Positions 1 through 11,607 of a stretch of 64,000 nucleotides of DNA are shown one piece after another. Location of the stretch: NCBI GenBank assembly GCA_976551045.1, contig CDPCPM010000060.1, forward strand, positions 3,410,001 through 3,474,000, given 5' to 3'. Both the position numbers and the translations under genes were made by a program. Each line of letters opens with the position of its first letter. Positions within the stretch are counted from its first letter, which is position 1. The DNA comes from Glaucostegus cemiculus (lineage: Eukaryota). Under the pieces are notes generated by a model. The model made no database searches. It was given only the letters and a program-made list of their open reading frames with translations, and had not been told where the DNA came from.

Positions 1-29
1 AGTAAACTAGTTCCACTTTGTTTGAAATA

Positions 30-150
30 TAGATCAAATGACTATGGGTCTTAGAAAATTCTTTGCTTCCACTAAATTAGGTGATATTAACCTTGTATGA
101 TGATTTAATTCTACATTCATTAGTTTCTTCAGACATATGCCATCAGTCAT
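30..150 (-). mobile_element. Very old LINE (CR1-like) ORF2 remnant
   Basis: Minus strand gives broken motifs DGICLKKL, KVNIT and FLRPI, resembling the PDGI..ANITPI..NYRPI segment before the RT domain; heavily decayed. Confidence 0.3.
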
Positions 151-183
151 TTTGCACTGCAATCATTATCTGTTGGTGGCTCA

Positions 184-528
184 ATGGATACAGGAACTAT
201 GTTCCAGATGTTGGGGAAGTCCAGGACCAGAGGGCATGATTTAAGAATAAGGGGTAGGCCATTTAGGACAGAGGTGAGGAAAAACTTCTTCTCCCAGAGG
301 GTTGTGAATTTGTGGAATGCGCTGCCTCGGAAGGCAGTGGAGGCCAATTCTTTGGACACTTTCAAGAAGGAGCTAGATAGGTTTCTTGTAGAGGAGGGAA
401 TCAAGGGATATGGGGACAAAGCAGGAACAGGATATTGATTGTTGATGATCAGCCATGATCTCAAAATGGCAGTGCAGACTCGAAGGACCGAATGGTCTAC
501 TTCTGCACCTATTGTCTATTGTCTATTG
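184..528 (+). mobile_element. CR1 LINE 3' end (chondrichthyan HER1-like), 5'-truncated, young
   Basis: ORF 184-438 SRTRGHDLRIRGRPFRTEVRKNFFSQRVVNLWNALP is the canonical CR1 ORF2 C-terminus; followed by 3'UTR and (CTATTGT)n tail. Confidence 0.95.
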
Positions 529-535
529 ACTTAGG

Positions 536-572
536 GAGGGCCGAAGGGCCTGTATTGTGCTGTATTGTTCTA
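536..572 (+). mobile_element. Second CR1/CR1-SINE 3' tail fragment
   Basis: gggccgaagggcctgtattgtgctgtattgttcta matches the tail of the CR1 copies at 2201-2900 and 41653-41954. Confidence 0.75.
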
Positions 573-1711
573 AGACTTTGTTTACTTCAGTTCATCAAGC
601 TAAAGTTTCTTCATGTATCTCACAAATCTATCCACTAATTACTACCTGGAACAATCCCACTCTTAGTCTTTATTCATCTACTGTAATCAAAAATTCACCA
701 ATTCTTCTGATTTTAAATGTGATTCCCACTTCGGCTCTATTAAAAACTTACCTCTGAGAAACTTGATTTCACCTGTCATGTAAAATTTTTTTATGCACTG
801 AATAATTTCACCTACAAATCCCAAGTCAATTGAAATCTGTAGGTTTTTCAATACATTTTTTTAGATTTTGGATCAGATGCAAGAAAAGCTTTGGCTGTTT
901 GGTAGCAAGTTTTCTTTCATCTCTGGCCAACAGCCTTTCTCTGTTTTATTCTCTCCATCATAGACTCCCTAATTTTCCATTAATTATTCAAAACTTATGT
1001 AATATTTCTTTGCACTTTTGTTCTCCTTAAAGATTGGAAATATTGTTCTACCTAATGCTTCTGTAGCGTTATAACTCATCTACATATCCCATAGTACTAA
1101 ACAAAAATTCCAGAAAACTACTCAAATTGATACTTTCTCAGCACATTTGAGTTGAGTGGCTCCTTAGCCTTTACATTCATTGGGTCTTTTACATCAAAGC
1201 TGGCTAATATCTAATTAGTATTTTATGATTTGCTTCATCTCATTCACTTTTTCCAAACTCACTTCTCCCTAAAATATTGGACTTGACTTTGCATTGTTTG
1301 AAATTGATTTAGTTTATTTTCAGATAACTTTAATTGATGATACACACTGATTCCACCACCTTGTTGGAGCAATGTTGGAGTGAAATCACTCACAATATCA
1401 TTCTCAAACTATCGTAATATTGTAGGATAATTTCCCTGACTTTTGGTAGACCTTTGTGTTCTGTATTCAAATAAGTAGACTATGGATGACAGGTTTGAAA
1501 TCTCCTCGGGGATTTTGTCTCTTCTGCTACCTATGCCCTGATTTTCCTGATGGTGTATGAGAAGTTAATGGAGATCGACCCAGGAATTTTTTTGCACTTG
1601 TGGCTTGATGTTACACAGTAAGTTATTTGAAGAAGTCCCAAGTTTTATGTATCAACCCCCAGCTTCTCTTACTCACTGAATTTTATATTCGGAGGCCAGT
1701 TACTGATTTGT

Positions 1712-2006
1712 GGGTAATAGCAGTTAGCGTAACGCTATTACAGTGCCAGTGACCCGGGTTCAATTCTGGCCACTGTCTGTAAGGAGTTTGTATGTTCTCC
1801 CCATGTCTGCATGGATTTCCTCTGGGTGCTCCAGTTTCCTCCCACATTCCAAAAAAAGACATACAGGTTAGGAAGTTGTGGGCATGCTATGTTGGCGCCG
1901 GAAGCTTGGTGACACTTGCGGACTGCTCCCAGAACACTGTACGCAAAAGATGCATTTCACTGTGTGTTTCAATGTACATGTGACTAGTAAAGATATCTCA
2001 TCTCAT
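1712..2006 (+). mobile_element. tRNA-derived V-SINE with Rex1/Babar-like tail
   Basis: tRNA-like head with B box gggttcaattc, V-domain gtttgtatgttctcccc...ggtgctccagtttcctcccacattcc, 3' end atgtacatgtgactagtaaagatatctcatctcat. Confidence 0.88.
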
Positions 2007-2200
2007 CAAAAAATGGATTTGAGGGATATGCATTTGAATTTATTTGTATCTTCTGACCTTGAGATGTGCCTGTGTCCACATAGCTGGACTTATTTTTTAA
2101 TATTACACAGCATCTATCATAACTTGACATCATCATCATTTAGAAAATAGTTATGCCACTTCCTACATAAGTAATACTGCTGCAAGCCAACACTTAAATG

Positions 2201-2900
2201 TTAGAACATAGCACAGTACAGCACAGGAACAGGCCCTTCAGCCCACAATGTTATGCCGAACTAATTACTTGAGTAATAAAACGTCCAACTAAACTAATCG
2301 CCTCTGCCTCCATAATGTCCATATCCTACCATTTCCCTCACATTCATGTGCCTATCTAAGAGCTTCTTGAATGCCTCTATTGTATTTGCCTCCACCACCA
2401 CCCCCAGAAGTGCATTCCAGGCACCCGTCACTCTCTGTGTAAAAAAAAACTTGCCCCGCACATTTCCCTTGAACTTAACTCCTATCACCTTAAATGCATG
2501 CCCTCTGGTATTAGACATTTCAGCCCTGGGGAAAAGATACTGGCTGTCTACTCTATCTATGCCTCTCATAATCTTATAAACCGCTTTTAGATCTCCACTC
2601 AGCCTCTGCCACTCCAGAGAGAACAACCCAAGTTTGTCCAACCTATCCTCATAGCACATGCCCTCTAATCCAGGCAGCATCTTGGTAAAACACTTCTGCA
2701 CCCTCTCCAAAGCCTCGATATCCTTCTTGTAAAGGGGCGACCAGAACTGAATGCAATACTTCAGATGCGGCCTAACTGAAGTTTTATAAAGCTGCAGCAT
2801 AACTTCCTGACTCTTGAACTCAATGCTTCAACTAATGAAGGCAATCATGCTATATGCCGCCTTTACCACCCTATCAACCCGTATAGCCACTTTCAGGGAG
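2201..2900 (-). mobile_element. CR1 LINE 3' portion, 5'-truncated
   Basis: ORF 2294-2800 (LYKTSVRPHLKYCIQFWSP...TRGHAFKV...FFTQRVTGAWNAL) plus CR1 3'UTR ending at ~2201. Confidence 0.96.
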
Positions 2901-3314
2901 AATGTTAAATTAAATAATCTGGTGATATGTTTTCTTCCTAATAACATTGCTTATCTTTGGAACATTGTGACTCCTTGCATGCCCAATGGTCTCTTCAGTT
3001 GAATTTCATAATACCCATATAATTAAGTTATGATACAAGCATCATGAGTCTTTATTATTTCAAAAGCCTCGGGGTATGCTGAACACATTTGTGGCTTCCA
3101 GCTCATACATTGCATTTTAGCACATGATATCATTAAAACTACACATGGTAAAATTATTACTCCAGCCAATCCCTGTTAAAATCAAATACCTTATTTTATT
3201 TAAACATTTTATTCAATTTCTTTTGAAACATTCAATTAGCTGCACTATGCCCTGAACTGTTAGCATGTGTTATAATTCTGCAGAGATGTGAGAATGTTCA
3301 GACATAAAGAATGC

Positions 3315-4080
3315 CGTGCATTAATATAGTGCCTATTGTCTCTCAGAATCATCAAAGAGCACTTCACACATAATGGATAACATTGTGTTGGTGCAGTTAC
3401 ATAGGTGAATCCAGCAACTACTTATTTATCGTCTGATTCCGAATCAGAATCAGAATCAGTTTTATTGTCACAACCATGTACATACATAGTATGCATAGGA
3501 GCAAGATACCATCCTCCTCAGGTGCTCGTCCCATTAAATAACAAACAGCAGAGACACATAGACACACTGAACAAAAAAAAACATTAAAAACTACGGAAGT
3601 TTAAATTAAATTAAATACGGCAGGTTAAATTAAATACGGCAGGTAATTAAATAAATAGTTATTAAAGTGAACGAGCTGGTGGCGAGCATTTAAAGTGCTG
3701 GTGCATTTCTGTGCACCTAGCATCCCTTAGTGTTAACAAGGAAGATGGAGGAATGAGAGAGTTCACAGTTCTGATGGCTTGCGGAAAGAAGCTATTGCTC
3801 AACCTGGTCGTTCTCGCCCTGATACATTTGAGCCTCCTTCCAGATGGCAAAATTGTAAAGAGATGATGGGAGGGGTGAGAAGGAGCCACCATTATATTTT
3901 TGGTCTTCCTAAAACAACAGTCCTTGTATATGTCTGTGATGGATGGAAGAGAGACACCTATGATCCTCTCCGCAGCCCTAACATTCCACAACTGGCAGTG
4001 AGATGAATGGTTAGTCTATTCTGCCTGATGTTAATTGATTGAAGAATATTGACCAGGATGATGCTAGGAGAACCATCCAT
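3315..4080 (-). mobile_element. Old SacSINE1/Deu-type SINE split by a Rex1-like insertion (pieces ~3315-3440 and 3983-4080)
   Basis: Left piece gcattaatatagtgcct...aaagagcacttcaca and right piece cacaactggcagtgagatgaatgg...ccaggatgatgctaggagaac are collinear with the SINE copies at 4850 and 53683. Confidence 0.6.
3441..3982 (-). mobile_element. Rex1/Babar-type LINE 3' end with (CTGATT)n tail and ATTCC target-site duplication
   Basis: ORF 3662-3991 (SHPSHHLFTILPSGRRLKCIRARTTRLSNSFFPQAIR) is the Rex1/Babar C-terminus; tail gaatcagaatcagaatcag at 3441; ATTCC at 3436-3440 and 3983-3987. Confidence 0.9.
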
Positions 4081-4405
4081 GGACGATTTAAATTTGACTC
4101 GGTTTGACATAAACAGCTACTAGTTGTCTCAATGGTGCCAATCTTGATAATGCTCCTGAATACTCACTACATCTTTTTCAGGAATTTGGGAAGGGACGCT
4201 AATACCATTGGGAGGCTTGCTGGAAAATACAAATTAACAGCCAATTACTTTGGTAACATTTGCTTTCAAACTACTAAGTGATTTGTGGTTAAATGCAGAC
4301 ATTGACAGGTTGGACCCAGCTTCTTGGCACCCCAGTTCCAACTTGTTTTAGCTCTCACTGATACAACATCGATAAGATTAGATTTTAATAACTATTAGAC
4401 TTTAA

Positions 4406-4652
4406 TAACTATTTATTTATTTACCGGCCATTTTTAATTTAATCTGCATATTAATTCAATTTTAACTTCCGTAGTTTTTAATGTTTAATGTTTTTTAATG
4501 TTTATTCTGTTAAGTGTGTCTGTGTGTCTCTGTTGGTTGTTATTTAATGGGACAAGCACCTGAGGAGGACGGTATCTCGCTCCTATGCATACTATATATG
4601 TATATGGTTGTGACAATAAAACTGATTCTGATTCTGATTCTGACATTCTGAT
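4406..4652 (+). mobile_element. 3'UTR-only copy of the same Rex1/Babar family
   Basis: Reverse-complement match to 3441-3665 (ttaatgggacaagcacctgaggaggacggtatctcgctcctatgcatact...acaataaaactgattctgattctg). Confidence 0.9.
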
Positions 4653-4849
4653 TTTATAACTGTATTCACAGTAAGTGAAAATAAATGGTAGTTCACATCA
4701 GTCCTGGTGGTTAACCAGGCAGTAGACAAGGATGAAAGGCAGATGTTGTTAGGCAGGTAATACACTTAACTATGTTGGAAATGTGTGATGTGATATGACT
4801 AGTTCCAGGTTTTTTTTCTTTTGAAAAAAGGTACTGGAATTTCATTTTT

Positions 4850-5240
4850 TTTCATATACAACCGTTCACATTCTCAGAATGTTTTAAAGCATTTCATAGG
4901 TTACGGATTGTTGTTGGTTAGCAAAACATGGCAGCCAATTAAAGCACAACAAGATGTCCCAGATAATAGTCCATTTATGTTTTTGATCCAAAAGACAATG
5001 GGAGAACTCTGTGGTTGTTCTTTAACTAGTATTATACAATCTCTTATATCTATCGTGTAGGGAAATTTGGGCCTTAGTTTAATGTTTCCTCAGAAAATCA
5101 GCAATTATGTTGGAGAAAAACTACCTCAGTAGTACTCTGGAACATCAACCACAATTACTTATTCAGAACTCACAATGGGGAATGAACCCATGATCTTTTG
5201 GATTAAGAGATGAGAATGCTGCCACTGAGCCACAATTAAC
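4850..5240 (-). mobile_element. SacSINE1/Deu-domain SINE, near full length, decayed
   Basis: catggcagccaatt, gggccttagtttaatgtttc, cctcagtagtactctgga and tRNA head tgaacccatgatctttt...gctgccactgagccaca. Confidence 0.75.
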
Positions 5241-6429
5241 AATTGACACACAAAACCATAGAGAGAAACTCCATCTGTAGATAGCTGGTCAGTTAATCAA
5301 GTGGAGGACTCGGCTATTTAATTCAAAAACAAAATCTTATAACTTTTATTTGTTTAGAGATGTGTCAGGATTTGAATTTTTGATTTGAGATACACATTTA
5401 TAAATAGACACTCATTAACTTGTATCCCTTACAAATTGATGTTTATGTGACTGACCTGATAGTAAAATTTAGTTTCAGAGTGGAGCGGCAGCCATGGCAA
5501 GCTCTAATTTGAACTTACATTTTTTTAAAATAATATGATGAGGGTGCTTTGCACAGTGAAATTGAACTTCATCTCAAAGAAGGAGTTTCAACCTCACAAC
5601 CCTTTTTAGAGATGCATCTGCCATCAGGACCTGTTTCACTATCTATATCTCCCTGAAAGATTCTCACTATCAGGAATAATTAGTAGAGATTACACCATTT
5701 GAATCTTAAAGTAGCTTGAAAGGGAATCTCATTAAAGAAGGAGACTCAATAAAAGACTTGTCACACCATAGAAAACTACAAACCTGACTAATTTGTGTGT
5801 ACATTAATATAAAGCAGGTAATGTATCTGGTCCAATTTTGCTATATCACATAACCCAGAGTGTGGGATGCTCGACTGTTTTAAGATAGTTGTAAATCATC
5901 GTACCTAATTAATGAATGGGCTGAAGAACAATGGGCTAGCGCTTGCCACTAACAGCAAGCCACTTGTATATGCCACTGACCCATGTTGTACGTGTGGACT
6001 TGCATTTTCTGGATTTGCCAGTGTTAAATTTGTGCTCAAATCTATCCCAATCCAAAATGATAAGATCCTGAATGGAAAAAGGGCCCTGTGTAGTGGTAGA
6101 CCATGTGCAATAAAATGTCAACATGTGGATAGGACCTGAAAAAAATAAGGACAACTCCTTTGACATCCGGTCAAACCATACTTCAGTTTTAGCCAACTCT
6201 TAAGCTGTCAAGAACTTTGAATGATCCTGGGAGTCCCTGACATTCACAAGCTATTAAAATCAATGAAAGCCTTTCTAAAGAAAATCTGAAAAACTATTAA
6301 AATTTTAAAAATTAAATAATGAAATGAATATATTTCCAAACAACTAAAATCAAAAATGGTAATTACCTTATACTTACCTAAGTTCCTTGTAGACCATTCC
6401 TCTCCATTCAAATAAATTGATTCACTGCT

Positions 6430-6515
6430 AGGCTCAGCAGGCAATCTGAGCTCTGGATCCAAAGGTCTTGGATTCATGCCCCATTTTATGTCTGAGTATG
6501 TAATCTGAGTGTGTA
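6430..6515 (+). mobile_element. SacSINE1-like tRNA head fragment
   Basis: ggctcagcaggca...aaggtcttggattcatgcccca...tgagtatgtaatctgag. Confidence 0.5.
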
Positions 6516-7949
6516 ACATGAATGAAACTGCTGGGAATTGCAGCAAGTTTGTGCTCTGCCGATGCACTGCATGAGGAGTCCAAAGTTGGATTGCATTCAG
6601 GGAATCTCCAACGAAGGATGGCCAGCAAGTTTGGAACATCCGTGTTTTCATGGGAATCCTGAACTTGGTCGCATTCATGCTGAGAAATGCCAGCAGTTCA
6701 GAGAAGAGTTGCCTGCATTGCCCAGCATGCTCTGGCCCAATGACAAGGGACAGTATCCCACTAAGGAGCATATATGGTCAGGTGATGAGACTTAAAAGAC
6801 TTGCCAGGAGTTTCCTTGTGCCTGATCCAACCATCTACAGTGACGTTTAGTAGAGACATTGCCTATGCCGATAATCTTGAGATTTTGTCAACATTCTGCC
6901 AAAATGACAGTAGCCAATCAGAAGGAACTTACTAGCATTGGTGTTTTACAACAACTGTTCCAGCTGCTGTGATTGGTTAGTTTTGTGTGGGAGTAATGCA
7001 GGCACTACGCTCTGCAGCACGCTGAGGAAGTATCAGAAGGCAGACTGTCATGTCTCTCCTGGATTTATTTCTTTTCTGTGATTGGTGTTTTTTTTTTGCT
7101 TATTTAAGGCCTTGATCCCAACAGGCAGTGGATTTCCTGGATAGGATTTTACACAAACATATTTAACAATTTAACACATAGTGCTGTCTTAAAAGGAAGT
7201 CTGTGTTCAATCTAGCTGTTCCATAGCCAGTAATGAGCTTCATAGGAGATGCTTTGGGAGAGCATTTACAAAATGTGGGAGATTAATTTTTATCATCTTG
7301 GATTTGTTATTGTCTTCAATTTTAATTTTTAGTTCTACTATTTTTTGTATTATTTGAATTATTTATGAATATTCATTACAAAATATACAGTAGGAGAAAG
7401 GTTCCAGGAAAGTAGGGATCTGAGGATAAGAGAATGGGTGAGACTATCATAGCAATAAATCTTTTATCCCAAGAGGACCCTTTAACTGTTTTAATTTTAA
7501 GTCACCTCTGCAATAAGCCATTGCTCCCAGGGTGAGAGGGTGAGTTGGCAACTTTCCACCAGCTTCTGCCAAGGCCAGTTGAAGAATCAAATTGAAACAA
7601 GGAGAGGCACTACTTATAGACCTCTATAGTTCTAAATGATTTTCCATCCCACTATCCCACTGCTTCTCATTGGTTAGAAACTGTGCAACAAGTTATTTAA
7701 ATTGGAAAAGTGAAAGCTGCACTTGCCTTCCCTGGCTGCCTCTGCTTTGTGTATCTGGATGGGGGCGGGTGTTTTGGAAAGATCTGTCATGAAATCGAAC
7801 TCATGTTGCTTGTGTTTATGTGAGTTTGGAAGAAAGCATAAGGCCTACTGCCTGTGTAATTGGTACTTCAGTTAAGCGTAGTAAAGCTGATTCTAGGAGC
7901 TGTGTACCATTCATAACAGAATGCTTATTCTAATAGAGAAGGAGTCCTA

Positions 7950-8110
7950 GGCAAAAATTGTTACATTGGAGAGAAACATCTCTATGTAACAAAGAGGTTG
8001 TTTTGTAACAGAGAAGGTGAGAAATTACCACGTGATAGGGAAGTGTGAGAGACCACGGGGAGGGTGAGAAGTCACTCTGTGATAGAGGATGTGAAAGATC
8101 AGAGGGAGGA
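7950..8110. repeat. Degenerate minisatellite, segment 1
   Basis: Recurring ggtgagaRRTcactNtgtgatag-like units that continue at 10930. Confidence 0.5.
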
Positions 8111-8885
8111 CAGAATTTATTCTTGATAACCACGAAGTGATGCATTTTGGGAGTTCTAAGACACATAAAATGAATGGTAGGGCCCTACAGAGATTGAAAA
8201 ATGGAGGGATCTTGGTGTACAATAACAGAGATCTCTGAAAGTGACAGTGCCAAGTAGATAAGGTGGTGAAGAGGCAGTTCACTTTATTAGCTGGAGTGTA
8301 AAGTATAAGAGCAGGAAGATAATGTTGCAATTTTATAAAACATTAGTTAGTCCAGAGCCAGAGTACTTTGTGCATTTCTGGTCATCACACTATAGGAACC
8401 ACGTGACTGTACCAGAGAGGGTGCAGAGGAGATTTGCCAGGATGTTGACTAGATGGAGCATTTCATTTATGAGGAGAAAATGAATAAATTGGATTTGTTT
8501 CTCTTGGGGTGGAGGAGCTGAGGGGGTATCTAATTGAGATGTACAAAATTATGAAGGGCATAGATGGGTTAGATAGTAGGAAACTATTCCTTATAGCAGA
8601 GGTGTCTAAAATCAGAGGGCTTAGTTTTGATCATAGAGGTGGTGGTTTAGAGGGGATCTGAGGAACAATTTTTTCATTCAATGGGGGTCAGAACCTGGAA
8701 TGCGCTGCCTGAGAGGGTGGTAGAGTCGGGCAATCTCACAAGATTTAAGTGGTTTCTAGACGAGTATTTGAATTGCCAAGACATAAGACTACAGGGCAAA
8801 TGCTGTAAAATGTGACTTGCACAGGTGAGCACTTGATGGTGAGCACCTGTTTCTGTGCTTTTTGTCTCTATAACTCTGATTCTGA
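8111..8885 (+). mobile_element. CR1 LINE 3' ~770 bp, decayed
   Basis: gaagtgatgcattttgggag, gagggatcttggtgtac, gagagggtgcagaggagattt, tggaatgcgctgcctgagagggtggtagag, tail cctgtttctgtgct...ctctataactct. Confidence 0.9.
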
Positions 8886-8911
8886 GTTCACTGTGTGATA
8901 AAGAAGATGAC

Positions 8912-9397
8912 ATCAGAATCAGGTTTATTATCACTAACATATGTCGTGAAATTTATTGTTTTGTGGCAGCAGCACAGTGCAAGAGATAAAAATTACTATA
9001 AGTTACAAAAATAATAAATAGTGCAAAAGAGGAATAATGAGGTAGTGTTCATGGGTTCATAGACCGTTCAGAAATCTGATGGTGGAGGGGAAGAAGCTGT
9101 TCCTGAAACATTGAGTGTGGGTCTTCAGTCTCCTGTACTTCCTGCCTGATGGTAGTAACGTGAAGAGCACATATCCCAGATGGTGAGGGTCCTTAATGAT
9201 GGATGCCGCCTTTTTGAGGCACCACCTCTTGAAGATGTCCTCGATGGTGGCGAGGGTTGTTCTCATGGTAGAGCTAGATGAATCTACAACCCTCTGCTGT
9301 CTCTTTTGATCCTGTGCATTGGAGCCTCTATACTAGGTGGATGCAACCAATCAGAATGCTCTCCACCATACCTCTGTAGAAATTTGTAAGTCTTTGG
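8912..9397 (-). mobile_element. Rex1/Babar LINE A, 3' part
   Basis: ORF 9057-9266 (KKAASIIKDPHHLGYVLFTLLPSGRKYRRLKTHTQCFRNSFFPSTIRFLN); tail tcagaatcaggtttatt. Confidence 0.92.
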
Positions 9398-10544
9398 AAT
9401 TGTAATTGGTTGGAATTGGTTTATTATTGTCATTTCTACTAAGATACAGTGAAAAAATCTTGCATACCGTTCTTACAGATCAATTTGTTACACAGTCCAT
9501 TGAGGTAAAACAATTACAGAATGCAGAGTAAAGTGTCGCAGCTACAGAGAATGTGCAATGCAGGTAGGCAATAAAGTGTAAGGTCATAACAAGGTAGATT
9601 GTGAGGTCAAGAATCCACCTTATCCTACTAGGAAACCGTTCAATAGTCTCATAACAGCAGGAATAGGAGCTGTCCTTGAGCCTGGCAGTTCGTGCTTTCA
9701 GGCTTTTGTATCTTCTGCCTGATGGGAGAGGGGAGAAGAAAAAATGTCCCAGGTGGGTGAGGTCTTTGATTATGCTGGCTGCTTTACTGAGGCAGCGAGA
9801 AGTATAGACGGAGTCCATGGAAGGGAGGCTGGATTCTGTGATGTGCTGAGTTGTGACTCCACAACTCTCTACGGTTTCTTGCAGTCCTGGGCAGGGCAGA
9901 CCAGGACAGGCTATTGATGATGTTCATTCTTAGGAACTTAAAGCTCTCAACCCTCTGGACCTCAGCACTGTTGATGTAGACAGGTGTATGTGCACCACCC
10001 CCCTTCCTGAAGTCAATGACCAGCTCTTTTGATTTGCTGATGTTGAGGGAAAGGTTGTTGTCATGACAACATGTCACTAGGCTCTCTATCTCCTTCCTGT
10101 ACTCCAACTCATCATTATTTGAAGTACAGCCCACTATGGTGGTATCATCTGCAAACATGTAGATGGTGTTAGAGCAGAATCTGGCCATGCAGTCATGAGT
10201 ATATAGGGAGTAGAGTAGGGGGCTGAGGATGCAGCCTTGTGGGGCACCAGTGTCGAGAGTAATCTTGGCGGAGGTGTTGCTGCCTATCCTCACTGATTGT
10301 GGTCTCTTGGTTTGGAATCAAGAATCCAGTTGCGGAGGGAGGTGTTGAGTCCCAGATCTCAGAGTTTGGTGATGAGTTTCCTTGGAATTATAGTATTGAA
10401 GGTGGAGCTGTAGTCAATAAACAATAGTCTAACATAGGTGCCTTTACTGTCTAGGTGCTCCAGAAATGAGTGTAGGGCCAAGGAGATGGTGTCCGCCATA
10501 GACCTTTTTCAATGGTAGGCAAATTGCAGTGGGTCGAGGTTTTC
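9398..10544 (-). mobile_element. Rex1/Babar LINE B nested in LINE A; RT core plus 3' end, with internal deletion near 9895
   Basis: ORF 9784-10293 (TGAPQGCILSPLLYSLYTHDC...MFADDTTIVG...KSKELVIDFRK), ORF 9480-9818 C-terminus, (AATTGG)n tail at 9398. Confidence 0.92.
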
Positions 10545-10929
10545 TTGGTGACATACCAAATCTCCTCAAGCTCCTAATGAAGTAGTGCCACTGGTGTGCC
10601 TTGTTTGTGATTGCATCAATGTGTTGGGCCCAGGATAGATCCTCTGAGATTGTTGACACCCAGGAGCTTGAAGCTGCTCACCCTTTCCACCGCTGATCTC
10701 TCAATGAAGAGTGGTGTGTGTTCTCCCGACCTCCCCTTCCTGAAATCCACAATCAGTTCCTTGGTCTTGTTGATGTTGAGTGCAAGGTTGTTGTTGCAAC
10801 ACCACTCAACCAGCCGATCTACCTCACTCCTGTATACCTCCTCATCACCATCTGAGATTCTGACAACAACATTGGTGTCATCAGTGAATTTAAAGATGTT
10901 GTTTGAACTGCGCCTAGCCACACGGTCAT
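10545..10929 (-). mobile_element. Rex1/Babar LINE A, 5' continuation (RT thumb region), 5'-truncated
   Basis: ORFs 10616-10921 (FKFTDDTNVV...NNLALNINKTKELIVDFRK) and 10444-10659 (EDLSWAQHIDAI...LRRFGMSP) join to 9397. Confidence 0.9.
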
Positions 10930-11600
10930 ATCATGGGGAAGGTGAGAGAAGATAGGGGAGATAAGGAAGTGTGAAAATTCCTGGAGAGGCTGAGTAAGTG
11001 CCATTTGATGGATCATGGTGTGGGTAAGAGGTCACTGTGTGGCAGGTAAGATGAGAAATGGCATTGTGGCAAGGAGGGTGAGAGATCACTGTGCAATAGG
11101 GAGATAGGAGTTACACAGGTAATATGAGTTTAAGGCATTTTTCCTAACATAGAGAATAAATGGTTGCTGTGTAACCGAAAGAGTCATAGATTGTTTTTTA
11201 TTGCAGAGCGTGAAAATATTCTCCACAACAGGGTAAGAGATTGCTATATGTCAGAGAACCCAAGATTGTTGCACATCACAGCAATGAGGTTGCTGCATAT
11301 TGGAGATTAAGTGATCACTGAATCACTGACAATGTGAGTGATCAATCTGTACTGGACAGATTGAGAGAATGCTGTATATTTGAGGGGAAAAAAACATCAG
11401 ACTATATTGGACAGATCACTATATTAGACAGAATGATAGATCACACTATATATCTGGGAGATTGTTGCACATACTATATTGCTGTACATTAAAGAGAGTG
11501 AAAGATTGCTGTCATTGGAGAGTAACCTTTACATAAACATTGGTGAAATTACTGTACAACATTGCAGGGATTACTGTACGCCAGAGAGGATGCTTTAGAT
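10930..11600. repeat. Degenerate minisatellite, segment 2
   Basis: Many imperfect units such as gtgagagatcactgtg, agagattgctatatg, gagagaatgctgtatat, aaagattgctgtcatt. Confidence 0.65.
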
Positions 11601-11607
11601 TATATCA

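Noticed and set aside
147-464. 105-aa minus ORF (and 2346-2579 plus ORF)
   Set aside because: Antisense frames of CR1 ORF2
1712-1775. tRNA-like A/B boxes (also ~5170-5235 and 55645-55716)
   Set aside because: SINE heads attached to V/Deu domains; no complete cloverleaf
3606-3643. Perfect 19-nt tandem repeat ttaaattaaatacggcagg x2
   Set aside because: Internal to the Rex1 3'UTR; a degenerate version is also in the 4406-4652 copy
6244-6771. 175-aa minus-strand ORF
   Set aside because: No recognisable domain; runs through a SINE head and AT-rich low-complexity sequence
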